64,000 bases of DNA from SAR202 cluster bacterium (lineage in GTDB: Bacteria; Chloroflexota; Dehalococcoidia; Lucifugimonadales; UBA3495). The DNA lies in NCBI GenBank assembly GCA_016872385.1, contig VGZV01000002.1, positions 12,106 to 76,105 on the forward strand. Direction: 5' to 3'. Positions 50,401 to 60,290 of the stretch are shown piece after piece (position 1 is the stretch's first letter; each line of letters begins with the position of its first letter). The notes below the pieces were generated by a model. The model was not told the DNA's origin. It saw nothing but the letters and a program-made list of their open reading frames with translations, and searched no databases. A program made the translations under genes and the position numbers.

Positions 50401-50682
50401 TCAGTTTATGTTAATACTGGCGATCTTGCTCTGGTGTTCCCGCACTTTAAGGCGGCACACCAGCACCGGCCATCCGTTCTCCCGCCGCACCTCAAACTCC
50501 TGGAATCCTTCCGGCGCCTCCATGTAGCGGGTAATCACCCCTAGCAAGTCTCGCTTCAACGCCTCCATAACCTCCGGGGCCAGGTCCACCCGGTCCTGAA
50601 TCAGCGTATCATGAAGCCTGCGCCGAGCCTGGTCTTTGGCGCTTCCGCCGTTGGCCGCAGCGTGTTTTATTGCATCAAACAT
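50401..50682 (-). CDS. minE: cell division topological specificity factor MinE
   Basis: Start taken at MFDAIKHAA... (overlaps the minD 3' end by 8 nt). Size and position downstream of minD fit MinE. Confidence 0.75.
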   Translation of the reverse strand: MFDAIKHAAANGGSAKDQARRRLHDTLIQDRVDLAPEVMEALKRDLLGVITRYMEAPEGFQEFEVRRENGWPVLVCRLKVREHQSKIASININ

Positions 50683-51493
50683 GGGAGAATGCGCTCCGGT
50701 CAATTCCGATTAGCCCCCGCACACGGTCCATCAGACCAGATTTGGCGTTCGCAACTGGGATGACGGCCTCATCGCCATCAATGCGGGCCGCAATCTTCTG
50801 GAAGGCCACGCCAGACAGGGCTTTACGGTCATAGACCACCGGAACGCCGCGGTTAGTGGCGATAATCAGGCGCTCGTCAATGGGCACCATGCCCAGCACT
50901 TCCACGGACAGCAGGGACACGATATCGTCCTCGTCCATCATGTCGCCCCGGCGCATCATCTCCTGGCTGACCCGGTTAATCACCAGCTTGGGCCGGTGGA
51001 GACCTGCCGCTTCCAGCAGCCCAATGACCCGGTCGGCGTCTCTAATGGCTGCAATTTCCGGATTGACCACCACGATGGCCTCCCGGGCTGCGGAAATGGC
51101 TATTTTGAACCCTTGGTCTATCCCTGCCGGGGAATCCACAATTACGTAGTCAAACTCTCTTTCCAGGTTGCGGCAAAGAGCATTCAGTTGGTCAGCCTGG
51201 ATGCAGTTCTTATCCCGGGTTTGGGCTGCGGGGAGCAAATAAAGCTCGAAGCGGTGCTTGTCGCGGATCATGGCCTGGTGAAGCTTGCAGACTCCCTGGA
51301 CCACATCCACCAGGTCGTAGGCCACGCGGCTTTCCAGGCCAAGAATTACGTCCAGATTGCGGAGGCCAATGTCGGTGTCAATTACCACCACGCGGTGTCC
51401 GCGCATGGCCAGGGCTGTTCCCACGTTGGCGGTAGTAGTGCTCTTTCCCACTCCTCCCTTACCCGAGGTGACCACAATGGTTCTGCCTGTCAT
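50675..51493 (-). CDS. minD: septum site-determining ATPase MinD
   Basis: Deviant Walker A VTSGKGGVGKSTTTAN. 272 aa, full-length MinD pattern. Confidence 0.95.
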   Translation of the reverse strand: MTGRTIVVTSGKGGVGKSTTTANVGTALAMRGHRVVVIDTDIGLRNLDVILGLESRVAYDLVDVVQGVCKLHQAMIRDKHRFELYLLPAAQTRDKNCIQADQLNALCRNLEREFDYVIVDSPAGIDQGFKIAISAAREAIVVVNPEIAAIRDADRVIGLLEAAGLHRPKLVINRVSQEMMRRGDMMDEDDIVSLLSVEVLGMVPIDERLIIATNRGVPVVYDRKALSGVAFQKIAARIDGDEAVIPVANAKSGLMDRVRGLIGIDRSAFSHV

Positions 51494-51765
51494 AAGCCGT
51501 ACCTCAGACTAATCGTATCCCAGCCAAGGTCCCAGGGACCAGCTGGAAAAATATGGTGGTCAGACTTCCCCGCTACCTTATGAGAAGACATAACAAATAA
51601 TGCGTATAGGGGAAGCTTTCCAGCGATGAGGCCGCCCGAGACGCCGGAAACTGGCCGGAAATTCCCTGGGGCCACATGAGGATTATCACACACGGCAATT
51701 TTTTCCGCCCAGGCAGGGACCGGGCGAATTTTGGGGGATTTATCAGCTGGAGGCCGGGCCGCGTT

Positions 51766-52932
51766 TTACCGGCCCAGGATTGCCACGGAGCAGGTGAAGG
51801 AGCCGGGGCGCCCGCCCAGGTTGTGGGTAAGCCCCAGGTCGGCCTTGCGGAGTTGCCGGGGACCGGCCCTGCCCTGGAGCTGCTGGTAAACTTCGTACAT
51901 CATGCGAATGCCGCTGGCGCCCACGGGGTGCCCAAAGCATTTAAGGCCGCCGTCGGTGTTCACCGGCAAATCGCCCTCCAGGGTAAAGGCGCCAGAAGCC
52001 ACGTCCCGGCTGGCCTGGCCGCGAGGGCTGAAGCCCAGGTCTTCGTAAATTATCAGCTCGGTTATAGTGAAGCAGTCATGCACCATAGCCAGGTCCAACT
52101 CCTGGCGGGGGTCGGAAATGCCCGCCTCCTGGTAAGCCGCCCGGCTGGCCCGCACCGTTTCCGGAAAGTGAACAAAGTCCCAATCGCTGCGCAGGATGCC
52201 AAAGGCCCCCACGGCCAGGCCCAGGGCCTTGACCAGCACCGGGTCCGGGCGCAAGCTGCGGGCGATTTCCGGCGTGGTGATAATGGCCGCCGCTGCGCCG
52301 TCGCTGACGCCGCAGCAGTCGAAGAGGCCCAGGGGCCAGGCCACCATGGGGGCCTTTACCACCTGTTCAACGCTCACCTCCCGCTGGAAGTGGGCCTTGG
52401 GGTTGAGGGTGCCGTTGTGGTGGTTCTTGGCGGCAATCTTGGCCAGGGTGCGCTTCCCCTCTTCAAAAGGGATGCCGTAGTGGTGGAAGTAGCGAGTGGC
52501 GGTCATGGCGAACTGGGCGGGCGGCGGCGTGGGCGGGGCCACGTCGGAGCCGGGGGCTTCTGGGATGGCCAGGCCAGAGTAGCCGGAGTCTTTGAGCTTC
52601 TCCACCCCCAGGGCCAGCACCATGTCGTAGACGCCCGCGGCCACGGCGTAGCAGGCGTTGCGAAAGGCGTCGGTGGCGGTGGCGCAGGCGTTCTCCACGC
52701 GGGTGATGGGCACGTAGTCCAGCTTGAGGGCTTCCGCCAGGGGCTGGCCAGTGCGGAAGGAGCTGGCAGTGCCCACCCAGGCGGCCTGGATATCCTTGGG
52801 GGCGATGCCCGCATCGGCATAGGCTTCCTGGGCGGCTTCCACCATCAGATCGGCGGCGCTGGACTCCCAGCGCTCTCCGAACTTGGTGCAGCCCATGCCC
52901 AGGATGGCTACCCGGTCTTTAATGCCGCGCAT
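51766..52932 (-). CDS. thiolase-fold protein (SCP-x / lipid-transfer type acetyl-CoA acetyltransferase)
   Basis: 388 aa. N-terminal RVAILGMGCTKFGE, active-site region RVENACATATDAF, C-terminal GGLKCFGHPVGASG. AGGAG SD. Confidence 0.85.
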   Translation of the reverse strand: MRGIKDRVAILGMGCTKFGERWESSAADLMVEAAQEAYADAGIAPKDIQAAWVGTASSFRTGQPLAEALKLDYVPITRVENACATATDAFRNACYAVAAGVYDMVLALGVEKLKDSGYSGLAIPEAPGSDVAPPTPPPAQFAMTATRYFHHYGIPFEEGKRTLAKIAAKNHHNGTLNPKAHFQREVSVEQVVKAPMVAWPLGLFDCCGVSDGAAAAIITTPEIARSLRPDPVLVKALGLAVGAFGILRSDWDFVHFPETVRASRAAYQEAGISDPRQELDLAMVHDCFTITELIIYEDLGFSPRGQASRDVASGAFTLEGDLPVNTDGGLKCFGHPVGASGIRMMYEVYQQLQGRAGPRQLRKADLGLTHNLGGRPGSFTCSVAILGR

Positions 52933-52956
52933 AGTTGCTCCTTGAAGGGAATGCTT

Positions 52957-53048
52957 CCCTCACCCCTCATCCTAACCTTCTCCCACAAGGGGAGAAGGGA
53001 TGGTTAGACTCCCTCTCCCTTTATGGGAGAGGGCTGGGGTGAGGGTTA
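52957..53048. repeat. composite palindromic repeat, family B (second copy)
   Basis: Same two halves and orientation as 10445-10530. Begins 25 nt upstream of the thiolase start codon. Confidence 0.7.
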
Positions 53049-53123
53049 CTCTGTATCCTGCTGCCCACGTCACCCCGACAGTCGCTGCCTCAGAATTCAG
53101 TAGAGTCTCCCTGCACCCCCAGT

Positions 53124-54827
53124 CTACTCCACCGAGGCCAGATACGGGTAGTGGGGTTGGCCGCCGGGGACTACCTGCACTTCCAGGCCGGGGGTCCTGG
53201 CTTGCAGGGCCTGGGCCGCCTCCTGGGCCTGGGCTTGGGCGGCGCCCTCGCCCCAGTAAATAGTCACTACCTTGTCGGCGGCAAGCCCGGCCTGGGCCAG
53301 GGCGGCCAGCAGGGCCTCGTTGGGAGTGTCGGCAGCCACCCGCAGCACGCCGTCCACCAGCCCGATGCACTGCCCGGCCCTGGCAGTAACCCCGCCGATG
53401 CTGGCGTCGCGGATGGCGCGGGTCACTTCCACCGTAGTTACACTCTCCAGGGCCTGCTGCATGGCCGCCAGGTTGCGCTCTGCTGGCTCCTCCGGGTTAA
53501 AGGCCAGGGCCGCGGCCACCCCCTGAGGCACGCTGCGGGTGGGTGCCACGCGCAGATTTAATCCCGGCGCACCAATGGCCTGCTGGGCAGCCACGATGAT
53601 GTTCTTGTCGTTGGGCAGCAGGATGACTTCCTCAGCCCCCGTGGCGCGGGCGGCTTCCAGAAGCTGGCCCACGCTGGGGTTCATGGTGGGGCCGCCATTG
53701 ACCACCGCCGCGCAGCCCGCCTCCTGGAAGAGCCGGGCCAGCCCTGGGCCGGGGGCCACCGCCACCAGGGCCAGCCTGGCGCTGCTGATCCCCCTTTCAT
53801 AAAGGCGCCGCCCTGAGCTTGTCGAAGGGGGGTAAGGGGGGATTTCCGCCTCGGCCTCATGCCCCTCGGCCCAGGCATGGTTCTGCACGGACATATTCTC
53901 GATTTTTATCTCGGAAAGCTGGCCCAGGGCAACGCCCAGGCTCAAGGCGCGGCCAGGGTCCTGCAAATGGACGTGGACGCGTACCTGGCGGTCGTCGCCC
54001 ACCACCACCGCGGAGCTGGCATCGGCAAGGCCCGACATCTGGCTGCGGAGCTGGTCCGGAGAGAGGCCATCGCCCCGGACCACGAACTGGGTGCAGTAGC
54101 CCCAGGTCACTTCCTGACTGGCGGTGACGAACTCCCGGCCCACCCGGGGCACGCCGCCGGACTCTCCCGCCCTGTAGCCCGAAGCCACGATGCTGTCCAG
54201 CGTCTCATCATCCAGTCGCTCCCAATGGCGCAGCAGGCCAGCCAGGATTACCACCACGCCCATGCCGCCGGCGTCCACCACTCCCGCCTCTTTTAAGGCG
54301 GGCAGCTGGGAAGGCGTAGCAGCCAGGGCGTCTGCCGCCGCCTGGAAGCCTGCCGACCATAGCTCCGCGGCATCGGTTGTTCCTTGGGATAAGGATGTCT
54401 GCACTTGCTCGGCGGCGCAGCGCATAACCGTGAGCATGGTGCCCTCCACGGGTTTGGCCACCGCCCGATAGGCAGCCTCTGACGCCGCGGCAAAGGCGAC
54501 AGCCAGGGCTGGGCCACCGGCAGTTTGCTGGCCCGCCAGCTTCTGGGCAAAGCCCTTCATGAACTGGGAAAAGATGACGCCGCTGTTGCCCCGCGCCCCC
54601 CAGAAGGCCCCATCCGCCAGCAGAGCCGCCACTGCCCCAGCGGCGGCATCCTGGCCGGTGTCTGCTTTTTCCACAGCCGCCCGCAGGGTGAGCAGCATGT
54701 TGATGCCGGTGTCGCCGTCAGGCACCGGATAAACGTTCAGGGCATCTATGGCGTCGCGGTGCCGCTCCAGCAGCCGCACCGATGCTCCAAATCCTGCCAG
54801 TAAATCTTTGCCATGCAGGGCCTCCAT
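53124..54827 (-). CDS. DAK2-domain protein (YloV-like)
   Basis: Start taken at MEALHGKDL with GGAGG SD. DhaL/DAK2 motif VPDGDTGINM and a C-terminal YloV-type domain. The interdomain linker contains repeat-derived codons. Confidence 0.85.
   Translation of the reverse strand: MEALHGKDLLAGFGASVRLLERHRDAIDALNVYPVPDGDTGINMLLTLRAAVEKADTGQDAAAGAVAALLADGAFWGARGNSGVIFSQFMKGFAQKLAGQQTAGGPALAVAFAAASEAAYRAVAKPVEGTMLTVMRCAAEQVQTSLSQGTTDAAELWSAGFQAAADALAATPSQLPALKEAGVVDAGGMGVVVILAGLLRHWERLDDETLDSIVASGYRAGESGGVPRVGREFVTASQEVTWGYCTQFVVRGDGLSPDQLRSQMSGLADASSAVVVGDDRQVRVHVHLQDPGRALSLGVALGQLSEIKIENMSVQNHAWAEGHEAEAEIPPYPPSTSSGRRLYERGISSARLALVAVAPGPGLARLFQEAGCAAVVNGGPTMNPSVGQLLEAARATGAEEVILLPNDKNIIVAAQQAIGAPGLNLRVAPTRSVPQGVAAALAFNPEEPAERNLAAMQQALESVTTVEVTRAIRDASIGGVTARAGQCIGLVDGVLRVAADTPNEALLAALAQAGLAADKVVTIYWGEGAAQAQAQEAAQALQARTPGLEVQVVPGGQPHYPYLASVE
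53787..53850. repeat. nested family F / family A repeat inserted in-frame inside the yloV-like CDS
   Basis: TCCCCCCTTTCATAAAGG + CGCCGCCCTGAGCTTGTCGA + AGGGGGGTAAGGGGGGATTTCCGCC. Translated on the minus strand as ..EIPPYPPSTSSGRRLYERGI.. Confidence 0.65.
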
Positions 54828-54997
54828 TGGACATACCTCCTTGGCAACACCGCAAGCGGAGTTCCCCGGCACCATCAACATATTGGCGATTCCCACCATT
54901 CTACCCAGGACGCGCTAGGCAATACAGGTCTGGACGTCCCATATTCGTGTGGTCTGGCGACATCCCTTCCTTGACGCTCCTCTAGCGTCAGCCTAGA

Positions 54998-56146
54998 ATG
55001 GGTCACCATAAGGGTATAAGGGGTCCAGGAGGCCGCATTTTGCAGCCTACAGGCAGCCGCAGCCGCCGTTCGCCAACGCGCGACGCGACGGATTCAGGCC
55101 AGGACAACAAGGCGACAGAGCGCGTGGTGGCCGGGGCGGTCCAGGCGGAAGACACGCCACTGGACGTATCGCTGCGTCCGCGGCGGCTGACCGATTTTGT
55201 GGGACAGGAACAGGTAAAGGACAATCTGGGCATCGCCATCCAGGCGGCCAAGCTGCGGGGCGAGCCCCTGGACCACGTTATCATTTACGGGCCTCCCGGC
55301 CTGGGCAAGACCACCCTGGCCCACATCATCGCCCAAGAGATGGAAGTAAGTATCCGGGTCACCTCCGGCCCCGCCATTGAGCGGGCAGGCGACATGGCCG
55401 CTATTCTCACCGGACTCAAGCCCTGGGACGTGCTGTTCATAGACGAGATTCACCGCCTGAGCCGCCCCGTAGAAGAAGTCCTTTACTCAGCCATGGAAGA
55501 CTTCTTTCTGTCCTGGATGGTGGGCAAGGGGCTGGCGGCCCGCAATGTTAACCTGCGCATCAATCCCTTTACTCTGGTGGGGGCTACTACCCGGTTTTCC
55601 CTGGTCAGCGCTCCCCTGCGGGACCGGTTTGGCTCGGTGTTCCGGTTGGACTACTACCAGCAGCCGGACATGGAACTGGTGGTGGGACGCTCTGCACAAC
55701 TGCTGGGCGTGGAGGCGGAAGGCGCGGGCGTCACGGAAATTGCGCTACGCTCCCGGGGCACTCCCCGGGTGGCCAACCGGCTGCTGCGCCGCAGCCGCGA
55801 CTACGCCCAGGTCATGGCCGAGGGCCGAATTACAGGGCAGGTGGCGCGGGAAGCCCTGGAGATGCTAAAGGTTGACGCCCTGGGACTGGACCAGTCGGAC
55901 CACCGGCTGCTGACCAGCTTGATTGACAAGTTTGAAGGCGGGCCGGTGGGGCTGGAAACCCTGGCTGCTTCGTTAAGCGAGGACTCGGACACCGTCATGG
56001 AAGTTTGGGAGCCGTACTTGCTGCAACTGGGCTTCCTGGACCGCACTCCCCGGGGGCGCGTCGCCACGCGGCGGGCCTACGCCCATTTGGGCCGCGTTTA
56101 CCCCGAAGCGGTAGCCCAGGACCAGGGCCGGCTGGCGGGGTTGTAG
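54998..56146 (+). CDS. ruvB: Holliday junction branch migration helicase RuvB (start uncertain)
   Basis: [15 protein letters not shown], Walker [12 protein letters not shown], Walker B FIDEIHRL. The first 40 or so codons from ATG 54998 are Arg/Ser-rich and may not be translated (GTG candidates near 55124). Confidence 0.9.
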   Translation: MGHHKGIRGPGGRILQPTGSRSRRSPTRDATDSGQDNKATERVVAGAVQAEDTPLDVSLRPRRLTDFVGQEQVKDNLGIAIQAAKLRGEPLDHVIIYGPPGLGKTTLAHIIAQEMEVSIRVTSGPAIERAGDMAAILTGLKPWDVLFIDEIHRLSRPVEEVLYSAMEDFFLSWMVGKGLAARNVNLRINPFTLVGATTRFSLVSAPLRDRFGSVFRLDYYQQPDMELVVGRSAQLLGVEAEGAGVTEIALRSRGTPRVANRLLRRSRDYAQVMAEGRITGQVAREALEMLKVDALGLDQSDHRLLTSLIDKFEGGPVGLETLAASLSEDSDTVMEVWEPYLLQLGFLDRTPRGRVATRRAYAHLGRVYPEAVAQDQGRLAGL

Positions 56147-56186
56147 CTCGCCGTGGCTGTTACGAGACCAAATTCTAAGTGAGGAA

Positions 56187-56513
56187 ATGATGATTTACGA
56201 ACTGCGCATCTACGAGACCGTGCCGGGCCGCCTGCCCGCTTTGAACGATCGGTTTGCCAAGCACACCTGCGGCTTCTTCAAGAAACACGGCATCCACATT
56301 GTGGGCTTCTGGACCGAAGACATCGGCACCAGCAACCAGCTGGTCTATATGCTGGGCTTTGACAGCCTGGCGGACCGGGAGAAGAAGTGGGCCGCCTTCC
56401 AGGCCGATCCTGGCTGGATTAAAGTCCGCGCCGAATCGGAAAAGGACGGCCCCATCAACGCCCGGGTCAAGAATGTAATCCTGCGGCCTACCAACTATTC
56501 CCCCATGCAGTAG
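56187..56513 (+). CDS. NIPSNAP family protein
   Basis: MIYELRIYETVPGRLPALNDRF... is the typical NIPSNAP/dimeric alpha-beta barrel opening. GAGG SD. Confidence 0.7.
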   Translation: MMIYELRIYETVPGRLPALNDRFAKHTCGFFKKHGIHIVGFWTEDIGTSNQLVYMLGFDSLADREKKWAAFQADPGWIKVRAESEKDGPINARVKNVILRPTNYSPMQ

Positions 56514-56622
56514 GCAGGCCCTGCCAGTGGCCCTTCGAACTGGGGAGCGCGCTGGTGCGACCCTGCCAGTCCCATGCCGCTATCTGGATAGTGTATGGGC
56601 TTGCCCAAGGACTCAACACGTC

Positions 56623-56701
56623 ACACCGGCGAAAGCCGGTGTCCAGCTACGGAGATGGTTTATTCACTCTATCTGGATTCCGGCTTGCGCCGGAATGACG
56701 G
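56623..56701. repeat. hairpin repeat pair (CACACCGGCGAAAGCCGGTGT plus family D unit)
   Basis: The family D unit CTGGATTCCGGCTTGCGCCGGAATGACGG at 56673-56701 is nearly identical to 50097-50126. Confidence 0.65.
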
Positions 56702-56827
56702 TGGGCCGGACGATATACTGCCACGAACCACCATCCTGGCCCAGGTTGCTAGCTGTGGATTCACCAGCTACAATACGCCTGTGCCTCAACCTATCAGTCC
56801 AATTTACTTGAAGCACGGCGGCGATTT

Positions 56828-58030
56828 GTGACTGCCACTCGTCCGCGCCCAAATTCCTCCACTTCGACTGGGGAGGCCGCCACCGCACTGGCGGTCTCAG
56901 ACGGGCTGCTTCCCGCAGATACGGCGCCCCTGGAGGAGTTGTGCGCCGCCGCCGCCGCCCTGCGCGACCAGGGCAAGGGCCGCATTGTTACCTTCTCCCC
57001 CAAGGTGTTTATCCCTCTGACCCGGCTGTGCCGAGACTTCTGCGGTTACTGCACCTTCCGGCAGGACCCTGCGGCCGCCGGCCACCGCCTGTACATGACT
57101 CCTGAAGAGGTGTTGGAAGTGGCCCGGCGAGGCGAGAAGCTGGGATGCACAGAAGCCCTTTTTACCCTGGGAGAGCGGCCTGAACTGCGCTACCCGGAAG
57201 CCCGGGACTGGCTGAACCGCCGGGGATACCGCACCACCCTGGAATACGTGGCGGCCATGTGCCGGTTGGTGGCGGAAGAAACCGGCCTGCTGCCCCACGC
57301 CAACCCCGGCACCATGAGCCGCCGGGAGATGGAGAGCCTGCGTCCCTGGAACGTCTCCATGGGACTAATGCTGGAGAGTGTGAGCGAGCGCCTGCACCAG
57401 CCCGGCGGGCCGCACCAGTTGGCGCCCAGCAAACGCCCGCGCGTGCGGCTACGCACCCTGGAGATTGCGGGGGAGCTAGGCGTGCCATTCACCACCGGCA
57501 TCCTTATTGGCATCGGGGAGACCCGCCCGGAACGCATTCAAGCGTTGCAAGCCATCGCAGACCTGCACCGCCGGTTCGGACACATCCAGGAGGTCATCAT
57601 CCAGAACTTCCGGGCCAAGTCCGGCACAGCCATGGCCCAGTCGCCCCATGCAGGAACCAACGACGTGAGATGGACTGTGGCGATGGCCCGGCTAATCTTG
57701 GGGGCGGAGGCAAACTTGCAGGTACCCCCCAACCTCAGCGCCCTGGACTATCCCACCTACCTTTATGCCGGCATCAACGACTGGGGTGGAATCTCTCCGT
57801 TAACTATTGATTATGTAAATCCTGAAGCTCCCTGGCCCGCCATTGCTGAACTGAACAAGCGCTCGGAGGAGCAGGGATTTTCTTTGCGCCCCAGGCTGCC
57901 AGTTTACCCGGAGTTCTTGGGAGCCTCCAGCCGCCTGGTGCGAGAGCACCTGCGCGACAAACTGGCAACTCTGACCGACTCCCAGGGGTACGTGAAAGGG
58001 GGTATTGCGAGATATGCCGGGCTTGAATGA
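56828..58030 (+). CDS. cofG: FO synthase subunit 1 (radical SAM)
   Basis: GTG start. Radical-SAM cluster motif CRDFCGYCTF. About 400 aa. Directly precedes cofH. Confidence 0.85.
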   Translation: MTATRPRPNSSTSTGEAATALAVSDGLLPADTAPLEELCAAAAALRDQGKGRIVTFSPKVFIPLTRLCRDFCGYCTFRQDPAAAGHRLYMTPEEVLEVARRGEKLGCTEALFTLGERPELRYPEARDWLNRRGYRTTLEYVAAMCRLVAEETGLLPHANPGTMSRREMESLRPWNVSMGLMLESVSERLHQPGGPHQLAPSKRPRVRLRTLEIAGELGVPFTTGILIGIGETRPERIQALQAIADLHRRFGHIQEVIIQNFRAKSGTAMAQSPHAGTNDVRWTVAMARLILGAEANLQVPPNLSALDYPTYLYAGINDWGGISPLTIDYVNPEAPWPAIAELNKRSEEQGFSLRPRLPVYPEFLGASSRLVREHLRDKLATLTDSQGYVKGGIARYAGLE

Positions 58031-59333
58031 GCCGCTGACCCCACCGCAAGACCTGGAGGCCCTGGTGGGCTGTCTCAAGCCCGCTGTGGCGGATGCGTTG
58101 ACCCATGCCCTGGAAGGCCGGGACATATCCGTGGAAGAAGCCATAACTCTGTTTGACGCCACTGGGCTGGAGTTCAACGCCTTGGGCATGGTGGCCGACG
58201 AGCTGCGCCGCCGCACTGTGGGCGACGTGGTGACCTTTGTGGTCAACCGCAACATCAATTTCACCAACGTTTGCATCAAGCGTTGCGGCTTCTGCGCCTT
58301 CAGCCGGGACTACCGGGAAGAAGAGGGATACTTCCTGCCTCTGGACGAGATTGTGCGCCGCGCCAAAGAGGCCTGGGACTACGGGGCCACGGAAGTGTGC
58401 GTCCAGGCGGGCCTGCCGCCCCAGATGGAGGGCGACCTCTACATCCGGCTGTGCCACGCCATCAAAGAAGCGCTGCCAGACATGCACATCCACGGTTTTT
58501 CCCCGGAGGAAGTGCTTTACGGGTCGGTGCGCTCTCGCTGCACCATTAAAGAGTACCTGCAGGGACTGAAAGCCGCCGGGGTGGGCAGCCTGCCCGGCAC
58601 TTCCGCGGAGGTCCTGGACCAGGAACTGCGGGACCGCATAGCGCCGGGCCGCATAAGGGTGGACCAGTGGCTGGAGGTCATCACCACCGCCCACGAACTG
58701 GGCATACCCACTACTTCCACCGTGATGTTCGGGCACCTGGAGACCAACGCGCAGATTGCCCGGCACATCGCCCTGCTGCGGGAGGTGCAGCAACGCGCCG
58801 GGGGCTTTACTGAGTTCGTGCCCCTGAGCTTTGTCCACACGGAAGCGCCCATGTTTCTCAAGGGCCTTCAGGAAAACGTGCGCCCCGGCCCCACAGGCAT
58901 GGACGTGGTAAAAGTCCATGCCATTGCCCGCATAATGCTCAACAACTGGATACCAAACATCCAAGCGTCCTGGGTCAAGGAAGGCTCCCGCATGTCCCAG
59001 CTCCTGCTCACGGTGGGCGTCAACGACCTGGGCGGCACATTGATTAACGAGAGCATTTCCACCTCCGCAGGGGCGCAGCACGGGCAGCTAATGCGTCCAT
59101 CCCAATTCCGGCAGATAATTAGGGAGGCGGGGCGCATTCCCGCAGAGCGGTACACCACTTACGCCATCAAGCGGGTGTACAGCCAGTCCGATGAGGCGCT
59201 GGACCCGCTGGACCTGGTGGGCGACAACGTGGAGGAGATTTTCGGCTCCTACCATCGGTTGGTCAAGCTGGACACTTTCCGGTTTGACCACCCACGGCAG
59301 GCCGCCTCGCGGGCAGGCAGAGATGCACCCTAA
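58005..59333 (+). CDS. cofH: FO synthase subunit 2 (radical SAM)
   Basis: Cluster motif CIKRCGFCAF. 442 aa. Overlaps the cofG 3' end (alternative ATG at 58014). Confidence 0.85.
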   Translation: MRDMPGLNEPLTPPQDLEALVGCLKPAVADALTHALEGRDISVEEAITLFDATGLEFNALGMVADELRRRTVGDVVTFVVNRNINFTNVCIKRCGFCAFSRDYREEEGYFLPLDEIVRRAKEAWDYGATEVCVQAGLPPQMEGDLYIRLCHAIKEALPDMHIHGFSPEEVLYGSVRSRCTIKEYLQGLKAAGVGSLPGTSAEVLDQELRDRIAPGRIRVDQWLEVITTAHELGIPTTSTVMFGHLETNAQIARHIALLREVQQRAGGFTEFVPLSFVHTEAPMFLKGLQENVRPGPTGMDVVKVHAIARIMLNNWIPNIQASWVKEGSRMSQLLLTVGVNDLGGTLINESISTSAGAQHGQLMRPSQFRQIIREAGRIPAERYTTYAIKRVYSQSDEALDPLDLVGDNVEEIFGSYHRLVKLDTFRFDHPRQAASRAGRDAP

Positions 59334-59353
59334 GGCGCGGGGAGAGAAACCCA

Positions 59354-60289
59354 GTGCCCAATAAGGTCCTGGCCCTGGCCGGCGGCGTGGGCGGCGCCAA
59401 GCTGGTCCTGGGGCTTTCCCGCATACTTGGCCCTGACGAACTGGTGGCGGCGGTCAACACCGGCGACGACGAGTGCTTTCATGGGCTGCACGTTTCCCCC
59501 GACCTGGATACGGTGATGTACACTCTGGCTGGCCTGGCCAACCCTGAGACCGGCTGGGGGCTGGCCGGAGATACCTTCCATGCCCTGGGAATGCTGCGCC
59601 AGTACGGCGCTGAGACCTGGTTTAACCTGGGCGACCGGGACCTGGCAACCCACATCCGGCGCACCCAGGCCCTGCGGGAAGGAGCTACCCTGTCCCAGGC
59701 CACCGTTGAGCTTTGCCGTGCCCTGGGAGTGGGCCACCAGGTGGTCCCCATGAGCGATGACCCGGTGGCTACGGTGCTGGCCACCGACGAGGGCGAGTTG
59801 CCCATGCAGCAGTATTTTGTGCAGCGCCACGCCCAGCCCAAAGTCAAGGCGGTGCATTACCGGGGCGCGGCCCAGGCCAGCCCGTCCCCCGCCCTGGCGC
59901 GGGCGCTGGACGAGGCAGACCTGGTGGTGTTCTGCCCCTCCAACCCCTGGCTAAGCATTGGCCCTATGCTGGCGGTGCCGGGAATACGCCAGGGTCTGCT
60001 CAGCGCTCCGTGCCTTACAGTGGCTGTCAGCCCCCTGGTGGGCGGCGCGGCCCTGCGCGGTCCGGCGGCCAAGCTCATGGCCGAGCTGGGCGAGGAAGCC
60101 TCCAGCCTGGGCGTGGCGCGGCATTATCTGGGCCTTTGCGATATCCTGGTGATTGACCAACAGGATGCGGAACTGGCATCCGGCATCGCCGCCCTGGGCA
60201 TTAGGCCCGTGACTGCACCCATCGTCATGAATACCGACGACGACAAGGCAGCCCTGGCCCAGCGGGTGCTGGAACTGGGAGGTCTGTAG
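59354..60289 (+). CDS. cofD: 2-phospho-L-lactate transferase
   Basis: GTG start with GGGGAGAG SD. N-terminal VLALAGGVGGAKL and about 310 aa, typical of CofD. Confidence 0.85.
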   Translation: MPNKVLALAGGVGGAKLVLGLSRILGPDELVAAVNTGDDECFHGLHVSPDLDTVMYTLAGLANPETGWGLAGDTFHALGMLRQYGAETWFNLGDRDLATHIRRTQALREGATLSQATVELCRALGVGHQVVPMSDDPVATVLATDEGELPMQQYFVQRHAQPKVKAVHYRGAAQASPSPALARALDEADLVVFCPSNPWLSIGPMLAVPGIRQGLLSAPCLTVAVSPLVGGAALRGPAAKLMAELGEEASSLGVARHYLGLCDILVIDQQDAELASGIAALGIRPVTAPIVMNTDDDKAALAQRVLELGGL

Positions 60290-60290
60290 C

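Noticed and set aside
51676-53007. 443-aa plus-strand ORF, and many similar long ORFs (e.g. 57804-59081 minus, 25951-26946 minus, 18786-19751 minus, 2152-2892 plus, 8663-9517 plus, 41758-42714 minus, 47057-48025 minus, 43481-44305 minus).
   Set aside because: All lie antisense to, or out of frame within, genes with strong family motifs. Their translations are Arg/Gly/Ala/Pro/His-rich low-complexity strings, typical of shadow ORFs in high-GC DNA. None has a recognisable domain.
54998-55123. Arg/Ser-rich N-terminal extension of about 40 aa on RuvB, as a possible novel domain.
   Set aside because: It is low-complexity and unconserved-looking. In-frame GTG codons near 55124 would give a standard-length RuvB, so it is probably untranslated leader.
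7375-56701. Dispersed short palindromic repeats (families A-G) as a possible CRISPR array or transposon ends.
   Set aside because: There is no regular repeat-spacer periodicity and no cas genes, transposase or integrase in the window. The units are 20-90 nt, hairpin-forming and scattered, which fits REP/MITE-like elements.
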